DNA of 64,000 bases from Fidelibacterota bacterium (GCA_049975265.1 JBNGDF010000007.1:1-64000); one strand, 5' to 3'. Counted from the stretch's first letter, positions 1 through 9,207 are shown. Notes: generated from the sequence alone by a model not told the origin. Numbers and translations are program-made.

Positions 1-120
1 GTTACATATTTCGTGTTTTACTGCTTTATACAGGATAATACAAATTTCCTTTTAAATGGCGGCGCTGTTGAGGATCACGATCAGTCCTATATATTCTGGT
101 ATATCATTTGGTTGTGAGTT

Positions 121-429
121 TTAAAAACCATTCCTGATCTGTTCCAGTTCCTGCTGCAGCTCTTCATATTCCCGTTTTTTCTTAATGATAAAGGCTTCGG
201 TGAGGCGGATTTTTTCCCGCATGCCTTTGGTGGTCAGCAGGTAGCGGCATTTATTGATGGAGCCCGACCGTGCAAAGCGTTCCATCTTGATCAGCCCTTT
301 TTTCACCAGCTGACGGATAACATAGTTGGTCTTGCCGACGCTCAGACCGAGTTCGTCCGCCAGGCTGCGCTGACTTTCCAGCTCTTCGGCTTTACGTAAG
401 ATGGTGAGGGTGAGTTCGTCGGAGTTCAT
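121..429 (-). CDS. MarR-family (EPS-associated type) winged-helix transcriptional regulator
   Basis: SQRSLADELGLSVGKTNYVIRQLVKKGLI...YLLTTKGMREK pattern typical of this family; polysaccharide context. Confidence 0.85.
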   Translation of the reverse strand: MNSDELTLTILRKAEELESQRSLADELGLSVGKTNYVIRQLVKKGLIKMERFARSGSINKCRYLLTTKGMREKIRLTEAFIIKKKREYEELQQELEQIRNGF

Positions 430-505
430 TGTTTTGAATCGGGGACCGGGATGTAAGATGTAATCTTATTTTCGATACCTCGGGGCTTATTTCCCGTTGC
501 TTTTT

Positions 506-548
506 CACGGCTTCGCCTTTCTCAGTCACAGGACTGACCGGGAAAGGC
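506..548 (-). promoter_or_regulatory. JUMPstart/ops-like hairpin element, copy 1
   Basis: Minus strand GCCTTTC...GAAAGGC stem followed by GAAGCCGTG; similar copy at 14925-14962; both lie in leaders of polysaccharide-associated genes. Confidence 0.5.
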
Positions 549-784
549 AGGCGAACATTAGCGTAATCGGGATGGAGATATAATAAGTAACGCTTTTTTA
601 AGTCCGCATATTCGGTATAAATATACAAAAAATTTGGCTTGTTCAAAAAATGAATTGGAAATATGTGATACAGGTCAAGGAATTTTTTCAGGCTTCACCG
701 CAGATGGCACCGGTTTTCGTCATGGCGACAGGGAAATTTTGAATGGAGAATGAATTGCATCAGCCATTTTTCATTTTTCAATTC

Positions 785-2557
785 TTAATTCAAGAAAACG
801 GAAACAGCTATTATTATACAAATCCCCACAAAAACATTCATCGGAAGACCTAATCGAAGGAAGTCTTTGAACCTGTAATTCCCGGCTGAGTAGACCATCA
901 GGTTGGTTTGGTAGCCGATGGGTGATGCGAAGCAGGTGGAGGCAGCCAGAGCGAGGGTCAACATTACGGTTTGGGGGTTGAGGTTCAGGGTCTGTGTCAC
1001 CGAGAGGGCGATGGGAAAGACGATGGCGGCGGCGGCGTTGTTGGTGATCAGGAGCGTAAAACTGCTGCTGAGGATAAAGATGCCGATGAGGATCCCGGTT
1101 TCGCCCATTCCGCTCAAGCCGCTGATCAGTACATTGCCCACCATCTCCGCCAGTCCGGAGTTGCCGATGGCTCTGGCGATTCCAAAGGAGGAGGCGATCA
1201 GCAGCAGAATATCCCAGGCGACGGCATTCTGGGCATCTTTGGCGCTGATGATGTTCGTGGCGACCATCAGAACGGCGGCAGTGGCGGCGGCGAAGATGAT
1301 CGGGACCCACCCGGTGGCGGCGGCGATGATCATGGTTGCCAGAATTCCCAGCGCGAGATTGCCTTTCCATTTAGGTTTGGAATAGACATCCAGGCTGGGC
1401 GTCACCAGGGTAAAATCCCGGGAGTGATACCAGCGGTGTTCAAAACCGGCTGGCGCCAGGAGAAAGAGGGTGTCATTGGGTTGCAGGACAATGTCACCGA
1501 TTTTCTTGTCAATGCGTTCGCCGCTGCGGTGAATGGCTAAGATCACGGCATTGTAATGACTGCGGAAGCCGCTGTTGCGGACCGTATCGCCGACAAGGTG
1601 TGAGGTGTTGGAGATGACCGCTTCGTAGGTTTTCAAACGGTCGGAATCGATCTCGCCAAGATTGAATTTCTGATCCTTGACCAGATAGAGACCGGGGGTT
1701 TTCTGGAGTTCATAGATTGTTTCCGTCAATCCGGTAAAGAAAAGGCGGTCGTTTTTGAATATTTTTTCCCAGGGTGAAACCGGCGCTACGATCTGCCCCT
1801 GCCGTTCTATCTGAAAGAGAAAGAGACCGGTCAGGTGGCGCAGGTTAGCCTGCTCAACGCTTTGACCGAGGTGGGGATAATCGTCACCCACTTTCAACTC
1901 CACGACAAATTCGCGGGTGTTTTCGCCCAGCTGGGTGATGACGTCTTTGCGGTCGGGCAGCAGGTGACGTCCGACAAAGGTCAGAAACAGGATACTCAGC
2001 AGTGCCACGGGAACGCCGATCCGGGTAATTTCGAAAAAGGAAAATCCCTCATATCCGGCTTCCAGCAGGAGCCCGTGAACCACCAAGTTGGTGCTGGTGC
2101 CGATCAGGGTACAGGTGCCGCCCAAAATTGCGGCGTAAGAGAGGGGAATCAGGAATTTCGAAACGGCGAGGTTATTGCGTTTTGCCCAGCTTTTCACCAT
2201 AGGAATCAGGGTTGCCACAATGGGTGTATTGTTCAGAAAAGCCGAGAGTCCGGCGACGGGCAGCATCAATCGCAGATAGCGACCGGTGACGGATTTGTGG
2301 CGGTTGCCCAGAATACTCAGGACGAAGCGTTCGAAGGTGCCGGAGCTCTGCAGGGCGGCGCTGACCACAAAGAGGAAACCGACGGTGAGCATGCCCTTGT
2401 TGGAAAAACCCGCAAAGGCTTCATTGACGCTGATGACCCCACCGGCGATGAGTAACAGGAGTGTTGCGAAGACGATCCCGGCGGGATGAAACCACTCTTT
2501 CGCCAGGGCGATGATCATGAGGAGGATGATGGCAGCGGAGTAGGATAGTTCAAACAT
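785..2557 (-). CDS. SLC13/DASS family permease with TrkA-C domains (putative sulfate transporter)
   Basis: SAFLNNTPIVA, GGTCTLIGTSTNL and SPIGYQTNLMV motifs; central soluble TrkA-C region; next to cysC/sat. Confidence 0.85.
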   Translation of the reverse strand: MFELSYSAAIILLMIIALAKEWFHPAGIVFATLLLLIAGGVISVNEAFAGFSNKGMLTVGFLFVVSAALQSSGTFERFVLSILGNRHKSVTGRYLRLMLPVAGLSAFLNNTPIVATLIPMVKSWAKRNNLAVSKFLIPLSYAAILGGTCTLIGTSTNLVVHGLLLEAGYEGFSFFEITRIGVPVALLSILFLTFVGRHLLPDRKDVITQLGENTREFVVELKVGDDYPHLGQSVEQANLRHLTGLFLFQIERQGQIVAPVSPWEKIFKNDRLFFTGLTETIYELQKTPGLYLVKDQKFNLGEIDSDRLKTYEAVISNTSHLVGDTVRNSGFRSHYNAVILAIHRSGERIDKKIGDIVLQPNDTLFLLAPAGFEHRWYHSRDFTLVTPSLDVYSKPKWKGNLALGILATMIIAAATGWVPIIFAAATAAVLMVATNIISAKDAQNAVAWDILLLIASSFGIARAIGNSGLAEMVGNVLISGLSGMGETGILIGIFILSSSFTLLITNNAAAAIVFPIALSVTQTLNLNPQTVMLTLALAASTCFASPIGYQTNLMVYSAGNYRFKDFLRLGLPMNVFVGICIIIAVSVFLN

Positions 2558-2563
2558 TAGTTA

Positions 2564-2596
2564 GTGAACGGTGATTGGTGAACGGTGAACGGGTGG
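2564..2596. repeat. Degenerate heptamer array (GTGAACG)n
   Basis: gtgaacg-gtgattg-gtgaacg-gtgaacg. Confidence 0.75.
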
Positions 2597-2618
2597 TTTT
2601 TTTGCCACAATAAATATC

Positions 2619-2825
2619 ATTGTTTCGTTTTTAAAGAGCGGATCAACCCGAATATTTGTTTACGAATCAATTGAATTTTTATAAAAACATCTCTTATATC
2701 AGTAGTTGAGAAACGATACTGTATTTTTCCTCAGCCGGAAAATCAGAAGTCTGTTTATAAATATCCACAACCAATTCGATGCTGGCTTTCCATATATCTA
2801 AATCTTTATGGTATTTAAATGCCAC
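2619..2825 (-). pseudogene. Four-helix-bundle protein remnant with apparent internal deletion
   Basis: Manual translation from GTG 2825 gives VAFKYHKDLDIWKASIELVVDIYKQTSDFPAEEKYSIVSQLLI* (stop 2694-2696); a C-terminal-like piece IRKQIFGLIRSLKTKQ* follows in another frame. Confidence 0.7.
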
Positions 2826-2857
2826 TAATAATCACCAATTCTTATTGATTGTCTTGA

Positions 2858-2922
2858 TTCACCATTTACCGTATACTGTTCACCATTCACTGTTCACCGT
2901 TTACTGTTCACGGTTTACCATT
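2858..2922. repeat. Degenerate heptamer array (CTGTTCA/CCGTTTA)n, inverted relative to 2564-2596
   Basis: ttcaccatttaccgtatactgttcaccattcactgttcaccgtttactgttcacggtttacc. Confidence 0.75.
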
Positions 2923-3536
2923 TGCCTTTCGCCATTAATGATTCCCTTTTCCTCAAGGTAATCGACGATCTTCTGTGTCGATTCTTCCACACTGAGCCGG
3001 TCGGTTTCGATGATCAGTTCCGGTTCGAGGGGTTCTTCGTAGGGTGCGGAGATGCCGGTGAATTCGGGGATTTTACCGGCGCGGGCTTTTTGGTAGAGTC
3101 CTTTGGGATCGCGTTCTTCGCAGACCCTCAGGGGCGCTTTGACAAAGATTTCAATGAATTCGCCTTGTTTCAGCAGGGCGCGGTTGCGGTCGCGGTCTGA
3201 GCGGTAGGGCGAGATGAAAGCGGTAATGGCAATCATCCCCGCTTCGGCAAGAATTTTGGCAACCTCGCCGATGCGGCGGATATTCTCTTCCCGGTCGGCG
3301 GGTGAGAAGCCCAGATCGCTGTTCAGACCGTGACGGATATTATCGCCGTCCAAAATACAGACCTGACAGCCGCGGTCGAAGAGATTTTTCTGGAGTTCGG
3401 TGGCGATGGTGGACTTGCCGCTACCGGAGAGCCCGGTCATCCAGATGACCACGCCGCGGTGTCCGTTGCGCTCTTCCCGATCGAGTTTGGTGATTTCTGT
3501 ATCGTGCCAGACGACGTTGGTTGATTTCTGATTCAC
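2901..3536 (-). CDS. cysC: Adenylyl-sulfate kinase
   Basis: WMTGLSGSGKST P-loop, LDGDNIRHGL, RDPKGLY, FTGISAPYE; start moved to GTG 3536 behind a GAAAGGAAG SD. Confidence 0.95.
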   Translation of the reverse strand: MNQKSTNVVWHDTEITKLDREERNGHRGVVIWMTGLSGSGKSTIATELQKNLFDRGCQVCILDGDNIRHGLNSDLGFSPADREENIRRIGEVAKILAEAGMIAITAFISPYRSDRDRNRALLKQGEFIEIFVKAPLRVCEERDPKGLYQKARAGKIPEFTGISAPYEEPLEPELIIETDRLSVEESTQKIVDYLEEKGIINGERQMVNREQ

Positions 3537-3570
3537 TTCAGTACTTCCTTTCGTTTGTGGATTAAGTTTC

Positions 3571-3770
3571 TCGCCGGGTTGCACCCGGTGTTAATCACAT
3601 TCAACTCCTGCGGAGTTGGTATTTGTTACTGGTTCTTGGATCTCCGGGTTACACCCGGAGTTATTCAGGTTGAACTCCTGCGGAGTTCTGCATTCTGAAT
3701 AACTATGCCAGACGGAGGGGAGGAATCCCGGAGGGATTCAATCTGATTAGCCATGAATGCAATTCATGGA
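3571..3770. repeat. REP-like double-hairpin units (two direct copies, one inverted)
   Basis: ccgggttgcacccgg..caactcctgcggagttg; ctccgggttacacccggag..gaactcctgcggagttc; inverted variant at 3722-3770. Confidence 0.75.
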
Positions 3771-3771
3771 C

Positions 3772-5028
3772 TCAATTTCGATAAAATTCGCGCAGAATAT
3801 CCGCAACCGGTTTGCGCATGATGCGTTCGTCAATGGCTTCACCATCCTGGAATTTCTTTCGCAGGGCTTTGCCGGAAATGCTGACCGAATGGTAGCCTTT
3901 GGGGGCGTACTCTTCGATCAGACCGACCCGGCTGAGTTCCTCGAAAAAGGCGGCGAAACCGACTTTCGCCGGTTTGATCTGCAAATCGCCGTTCAGATGG
4001 TCAAATTTTTCATGGGCGTCAAAGTCGCCCCAGATGGCGGTGCCGTCATCATAGGGCGCATCGGCATGTTTCCGCCCGATGACGATATCGGTAAAACCGT
4101 AGTTCTGACGGTAGATGGCATGCATCACGGCTTCTTTGGGACCGGCATAGAACATTTTCATATCGAGACCGATCAGCAGCAGGTCATCCTCAAAATCACG
4201 CCCGGCTTTCTCCCAGATGGCGGTGTTGAAATCGCCCTGCCCGAACATGCGGGATTCCAAAAGGGCTTCATAGGTTCGCATGCGTACATCGGCGGGAACG
4301 TCGTCGCTTTTGGTTGCGCCTACCAGCGGATTAAGCACGGCACCGGTATAGTATCCGGCGGCGGTCAACTGTTCAGCGGCATAGACCAAGGCGTATTCAT
4401 GGGCGCGGTGCAGGGCATTGCGGGTCTGAAATGCCACAATCCGGTCATAGCCGCGTTTTTCGAAAAGAGCGCGGGTCTGAAGCGGTGTCAGCATGTATTT
4501 CCCGAAATTCGGATCACGCGGTTGTTCAAAAGCCCAGATTTCGCCACCCAGCAGATAGTCCCGGGGATCGTCATTGAATATGCGGGCGCCGGGATGATCA
4601 TGGCGCTCCGTGCCGTAGACCGATTGATTGTATTTTTCCTTATCAAACGGGTAGATATCCGCGATTTCCAGAATGCCGATGAAATTACCGGCTTCGTTTT
4701 GCACGGCGACCGTTTCGCCGATTTTCAGACGATCCGCTTCCGCTTTGGCAACGGGAAAAGCGATGGGGACAGACCAGGCGTATTTGCGACCGTTGCGTTC
4801 GATGTATTCCGCTTCCAGGACGCGCCGGAATTCAGCGGAATCCATGGGTCCTTTCAGCGGCGAAAGCGCACCGTCGGCGATCCTGTAGAAAACGGACAGA
4901 TCGGCGTCACTGATCCGGTATGTTTTCATTTGTTTAATGGCTTTTAAAACGGTTTCTTTTTCGATCTCCGGTAACGTACGGTTGATCAGTTCGCCACCCC
5001 CGTGCGGGGCGGGCTGTCGGTTGGTCAT
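3772..5028 (-). CDS. sat: Sulfate adenylyltransferase (Sat-type ATP sulfurylase)
   Basis: PHGGGELINR, GALSPLKGPM, AFQTRNALHRAHE, MFYAGPKEAVMHAIYRQNYGFT. Confidence 0.93.
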   Translation of the reverse strand: MTNRQPAPHGGGELINRTLPEIEKETVLKAIKQMKTYRISDADLSVFYRIADGALSPLKGPMDSAEFRRVLEAEYIERNGRKYAWSVPIAFPVAKAEADRLKIGETVAVQNEAGNFIGILEIADIYPFDKEKYNQSVYGTERHDHPGARIFNDDPRDYLLGGEIWAFEQPRDPNFGKYMLTPLQTRALFEKRGYDRIVAFQTRNALHRAHEYALVYAAEQLTAAGYYTGAVLNPLVGATKSDDVPADVRMRTYEALLESRMFGQGDFNTAIWEKAGRDFEDDLLLIGLDMKMFYAGPKEAVMHAIYRQNYGFTDIVIGRKHADAPYDDGTAIWGDFDAHEKFDHLNGDLQIKPAKVGFAAFFEELSRVGLIEEYAPKGYHSVSISGKALRKKFQDGEAIDERIMRKPVADILREFYRN

Positions 5029-5047
5029 TGAAAACTCCTTTTTGTCA

Positions 5048-5147
5048 AGGTTAAAGGTGAAAGGTGAAAGGATTAAGTTGAAAGTAGAAAGGAATCAGTT
5101 TGAGTCAAACACAGCACTTTGTACTTTCAACTTTGCACTTTCAACCG
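5048..5147. repeat. Pair of inverted heptamer arrays with no gene between them
   Basis: aggttaaaggtgaaaggtgaaagg...gttgaaagtagaaagg facing cactttgtactttcaactttgcactttcaac. Confidence 0.7.
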
Positions 5148-5981
5148 AAAGGATTGAAGGATATCAGCGCTGGTCAGGGGAATGTTTTCCCCGAATTGAC
5201 CCAGTTTGACATTGGGTTTGGCGGCACCGTGGAAATCGCTGCCGGCGGTAACCAGCAGGTTCAGCGTTCGGGCGATCTCATAAAATTGCCGGTTTTCGGC
5301 TTCACTTTGGTAGCTGTTAAAGGCTTCGATGCCGGCGATCCCTGATGCCTGCAGCTCGCTGATTTTATCAAAGTACGCCTGCCGGGAATTTAGTTTCAGG
5401 GTAATCGGGTGCGCCAGGACCGCCACTCCGCCGGCGGTGTTGATCATCGCCACCGCCCGATCGAGAGGCAGCCGGACTTTATCCAGATATGCCGGTGCAC
5501 CTTTGGCAAGATACCGATCAAAGGCTTCCTGGGTGGATTTGACATAGCCCTTCTGAACCAATACTCTGGCGAAATGGGGTCGTCCCACCTGATCGGGACC
5601 GGCGACGGCTTTGACCTCATCCAGTGTAATCGCCATTCCCAGCGCATTCAGTTTTTCGATAATTTTGGGATTGCGGTTACGGCGCGCATCCTGAACAAAT
5701 GCCAGCCCGGTTTTCAGTTCAGAATTGTCAATATCCAGAAAGTAGCCGCAGACGTGCATGGTTCCCGGAGAAAAATCGATACTGATCTCCACACCGGGAA
5801 TGACGCTGACGCCGAATTGTTCACCGGCTTTCATGGCTGCGGTGACACCAGTGACGGTATCGTGATCGGTCAGCGCCAGGGTGTGGATACCGTTTTCAGC
5901 GGCTAATTCAACCAGATCGGCAGGGGCATAGGAGCCGTCCGAGGCGTTGCTGTGGGTGTGGAGATCAAAATTTTGTTGCAT
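5127..5981 (-). CDS. PHP-domain phosphoesterase (TrpH/YciV-like; possible 3',5'-nucleoside bisphosphate phosphatase)
   Basis: DLHTHSNASDG, ALTDHDT, PGVEIS, GRPHFA, LAHP, GSDFHG; start placed at ATG 5981 (MQQNF). Confidence 0.88.
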   Translation of the reverse strand: MQQNFDLHTHSNASDGSYAPADLVELAAENGIHTLALTDHDTVTGVTAAMKAGEQFGVSVIPGVEISIDFSPGTMHVCGYFLDIDNSELKTGLAFVQDARRNRNPKIIEKLNALGMAITLDEVKAVAGPDQVGRPHFARVLVQKGYVKSTQEAFDRYLAKGAPAYLDKVRLPLDRAVAMINTAGGVAVLAHPITLKLNSRQAYFDKISELQASGIAGIEAFNSYQSEAENRQFYEIARTLNLLVTAGSDFHGAAKPNVKLGQFGENIPLTSADILQSFRLKVQS

Positions 5982-6019
5982 TATTGTTGAGATTATTTTG
6001 TTTTTGCTGTCATTCAATT

Positions 6020-6063
6020 CTACTTTCTTCCAACTTCCGGCTTCTGTCTTCCGACTTCTAACT
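6020..6063. repeat. Degenerate heptamer array (CTTCCGA)n
   Basis: cttccaa-cttccgg-cttctgt-cttccga-cttctaa. Confidence 0.65.
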
Positions 6064-7015
6064 AAATCCCCAAACGTTGAATCACCCGTTTCACCGTCTG
6101 CGCCTGCTGCATGACGTAAAAGTGGATACATGGGACCCTGGCGTTCAGCAGTTCCTCCACCTGTTTGCGGGCGAAGGCGATGCCGATCTCTTTGACCGTG
6201 GCATCATCAGCGGCGGCGAGAACATCCTGCACTAGGGCATCCGGCAGACTGATATTGAATATGCGGGGCAGGGAATTTAATTGCCTGCGCCTGGTCAGCA
6301 ATTTGATTCCCGGGATGATGGGTACGGTGATTCCGGCGGCGCGGCAGCGGTCCGCAAATTCAAAATAGCGGCGATTATCAAACACCATCTGCGTGACGAT
6401 ATAATCGGCGCCCGCGTCCACCTTCTGTTTCAGAAAGCGGATATCGGCATCCAGGCTGGGCGCTTCCTCATGTTTTTCGGGATAACCGGCAACACCAACA
6501 CAGAAGTCGGTGGGATCCGCCTGTAGTTCATCATCCAAAAATTTGCCCCGGTTCATGTGGCTGATCTGTTCCACCAGATTCACGGCGTGGGGATTCACGG
6601 TGCGGTTCGGCTGAACGGTTTTATGGTAATTGCGCTCATCGCCACGCAGTGCCATGACGTTTTCGATGCCCAGATAGGAGAGCTCGATCAGCGCATCTTC
6701 GGTCTCCTCTCTGGTGAAGCCGTTACAGAGCAAATGCACCACGGTTTCAATGCCGTAGCGGTACTTGATGGCGGCGGAGAGACCGATGGTGCCGGGTCGT
6801 TTGCGGTTGATTTTACGGATAAAGCTGCCGTCGGACTGCTGTACATAGCAGGCGTCGGCGGCATGGCTGGTCACATCAATGAAGGGCGGTTTGAATTCCA
6901 GCAGCTCTTCGACGATGCGATAGATCGGCTCCGCACTCCGTCCCCGATCGGGCGGAATAATCTCGAAGCTGATCAGCGGATCTTTGGCTTTTTGTAAATA
7001 ATCAATGACTTTCAT
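6062..7015 (-). CDS. metF: 5,10-methylenetetrahydrofolate reductase
   Basis: SFEIIPP, MALRGD, GVAGYPEKH, KVDAGADYIVTQMVFD, IHFY. Confidence 0.92.
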   Translation of the reverse strand: MKVIDYLQKAKDPLISFEIIPPDRGRSAEPIYRIVEELLEFKPPFIDVTSHAADACYVQQSDGSFIRKINRKRPGTIGLSAAIKYRYGIETVVHLLCNGFTREETEDALIELSYLGIENVMALRGDERNYHKTVQPNRTVNPHAVNLVEQISHMNRGKFLDDELQADPTDFCVGVAGYPEKHEEAPSLDADIRFLKQKVDAGADYIVTQMVFDNRRYFEFADRCRAAGITVPIIPGIKLLTRRRQLNSLPRIFNISLPDALVQDVLAAADDATVKEIGIAFARKQVEELLNARVPCIHFYVMQQAQTVKRVIQRLGI

Positions 7016-7229
7016 AGAATGCCTTTAGCTGTTCAGAGAACCGGCTAAGTGCGGCAAGATGCTCCCGATGCATTTTTTCCCGAATTTCCGCCGGCACAAG
7101 ATTATTAAGTTCGAATAGAGCTATGAATTGATCGAGTTTTTCGGTAATCGTCAGCTGCCGGCATCTTTGATTCTCCCAGTCGTTAAAGCACTTTAAGCCG
7201 TTTAAATATTCCTGATATTCAGGCTTTAT
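7002..7229 (-). pseudogene. Small helical partner (antitoxin-like) ORF lacking a canonical start
   Basis: 75-codon open frame IKPEYQEYLNGLKCFNDWENQRCRQLTITEKLDQFIALFEL...; begins ATA just after a GAAAGGTGG SD and overlaps the end of the upstream NTase remnant. Confidence 0.45.
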
Positions 7230-7608
7230 TAAGCCACCTTTCGATTGTATTCAATAGTTCCGGGCGCGCCAGAAATTGACTCAAATCGTGATAATGTTGT
7301 AAGAGATACTGGCGGTCCAGCCGATGAGCCTGCTGACTGATAATGGTGCGGACATCATCCCAATCTTTAGGTCACTCTGAAACAACCTTATGGATTATGA
7401 GGTCCTCTACCGTACAGAGTCGGAATTCCAAACCGGCGTACTGGATTTGCATAGAGCGACGGATTGCCTCAATTTCAAAAGTTAAGATCGCCTGGACGAT
7501 GTCTACCCCGACACCGGCAATCTGAACCGGCAATACGCGAGTCTGGTATAAAAAATCTTTGGGACGGTCCGGTAAAATTTCGGCGATCGCTTGGACCTTT
7601 TTAATCAA
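7219..7608 (-). pseudogene. Nucleotidyltransferase remnant (AbiEii/DUF6036-like), 5'-truncated with internal stop
   Basis: TVEDLIIHKVVSE*PKDWDDV: the TGA at 7372-7374 sits where Arg of the RxKD motif is expected; the frame continues to 7219. Confidence 0.65.
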
Positions 7609-7616
7609 CCGGCTGT

Positions 7617-8915
7617 TTAGAGGCGTGCGTCCGCATTCCGGGCGATACCTTTGACATCGTAGAGGATGCCGTTGCCGTTGCTGAAACGGTGCAAATCCAG
7701 CTCCGCGAATTGTCGGTGCGCCACCGCCAGCACCACGGCATCGTAACCGGTTTGACTTTCGTCCAATGTTTCTTTTTGAATCAATTCGATTCCGTATTCC
7801 TGCTGTACTTCGGCGGAATCAGCCCAGGGATCGTAGACATCCACCTGACAGCCGAATTCCTGCAGTTCCGCCACCACATCAATGACCCGGGAGTTGCGGA
7901 TATCGGGGCAATTTTCCTTGAAGGTAATGCCCAGTACCAGGACACAGGCGTTGGCGATGGTATGTCCCTTTTTGATCATCAGCTTCACCACTTCATCGGC
8001 GACATATTTGCCCATACTGTCGTTGATGCGGCGCCCGGCGAGGATGACCTCGGGATGGTAACCGATCGCCTGGGCTTTGTGGGTCAGGTAGTAGGGATCG
8101 ACGCCGATGCAGTGACCGCCCACCAATCCCGGGCGGAAGGGCAGAAAGTTCCATTTGGTCCCGGCGGCTTCCAGTACCTCCAGGGTATCGATGCCGAGAA
8201 TGTTGAATATTTTTGCCAATTCATTGACAAAGGCGATATTGAGGTCGCGCTGGGCGTTTTCGATTACTTTGGCGGCTTCGGCGACCTTGATGGAGGAGGC
8301 TTTGTGGGTGCCGTTTTGCACCACCAGATTGTAGAGCTCGTCTACTTTCCGGGCGGCGTCCGGTGTCGAGCCGGAGGTTACCTTTTTAATGGTCAGAAAG
8401 GTATGCTCTTTATCGCCGGGATTGATGCGCTCCGGGGAAAACCCGACGAAAAAATCCCGATTGAATGTAAGTCCGCTCCGGCGTTCTAGAATCGGTACGC
8501 AGTCCTCTTCGGTAGCGCCGGGATAGACGGTGGACTCGTAAATCACAATGTCCCCTTTTTTCAAAACCTGTCCCACGGTCTCCGAAGCTTTCAGCAGCGG
8601 GGCCAGGTCGGGGCGTTTGTATTGGTCGATGGGTGTCGGCACGGTGACGATATAATAATTGCAATCCCGTATATCCGCCAGTTGATCGGTCAGATAGAGA
8701 CCGCGGTTATCATTCAGGCAGGTTATTTCCGTAACCAGCACCGACTGCAGGTTGGCGTCATCCACCTCGAGAGTGTCATCGTGACCGCCGTTCAATTCGG
8801 CGATCCGGTTGCGGTTGATATCAAAGCCGACGACGGGCAGTTTTTTGGCGAATTCCACCGCCAGAGGCAAGCCTACATAGCCGAGTCCGATGACTCCGAT
8901 TTTTTGTGTATGCAT
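7617..8915 (-). CDS. UDP-N-acetylglucosamine/galactosamine 6-dehydrogenase (TviB/WbpA/WbpO family)
   Basis: [48 protein letters not shown]. Confidence 0.92.
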   Translation of the reverse strand: MHTQKIGVIGLGYVGLPLAVEFAKKLPVVGFDINRNRIAELNGGHDDTLEVDDANLQSVLVTEITCLNDNRGLYLTDQLADIRDCNYYIVTVPTPIDQYKRPDLAPLLKASETVGQVLKKGDIVIYESTVYPGATEEDCVPILERRSGLTFNRDFFVGFSPERINPGDKEHTFLTIKKVTSGSTPDAARKVDELYNLVVQNGTHKASSIKVAEAAKVIENAQRDLNIAFVNELAKIFNILGIDTLEVLEAAGTKWNFLPFRPGLVGGHCIGVDPYYLTHKAQAIGYHPEVILAGRRINDSMGKYVADEVVKLMIKKGHTIANACVLVLGITFKENCPDIRNSRVIDVVAELQEFGCQVDVYDPWADSAEVQQEYGIELIQKETLDESQTGYDAVVLAVAHRQFAELDLHRFSNGNGILYDVKGIARNADARL

Positions 8916-8988
8916 AGCTACTCCGTTTTATGTTGAGGTTGAGGTTAAGTATAAAATTTTAGGCGAGGTCGAATTAAGATCGTGCTTC

Positions 8989-9207
8989 TTAATCCTGTAA
9001 AGATAAGATTATTTTATTCAGACTTGCGGTGTGTTTTTTTCCGAATGCTTCTGCGATATTAGCAGAGATATTTAATGCCGAGCGATGCATCTGAGAGGTT
9101 AGTCCATAATCCTCTTTCCGCGGAAGTTTGCTGGACAAGGTAAAAACGGATTCAGCGATTTCCATAGCTTCCTGCCAAACCGGCATTTCCTTAAAACTTC
9201 TGTACAA
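8989..9207 (-). pseudogene. Four-helix-bundle protein, shortened by apparent internal deletion
   Basis: FKEMPVWQEAM..LPRKEDYGLTSQMHRSALNISANIAEAFG then jumps to a C-terminal-like LNKIILSL; only 72 aa. Confidence 0.75.

Noticed and set aside
3571..3770. CRISPR array
   Set aside because: Only 2-3 imperfect units, one inverted, no regular unique spacers and no cas genes.
3772..5028. Dissimilatory sulfate reduction
   Set aside because: No aprAB, qmo or dsr genes; linkage to cysC points to PAPS synthesis.
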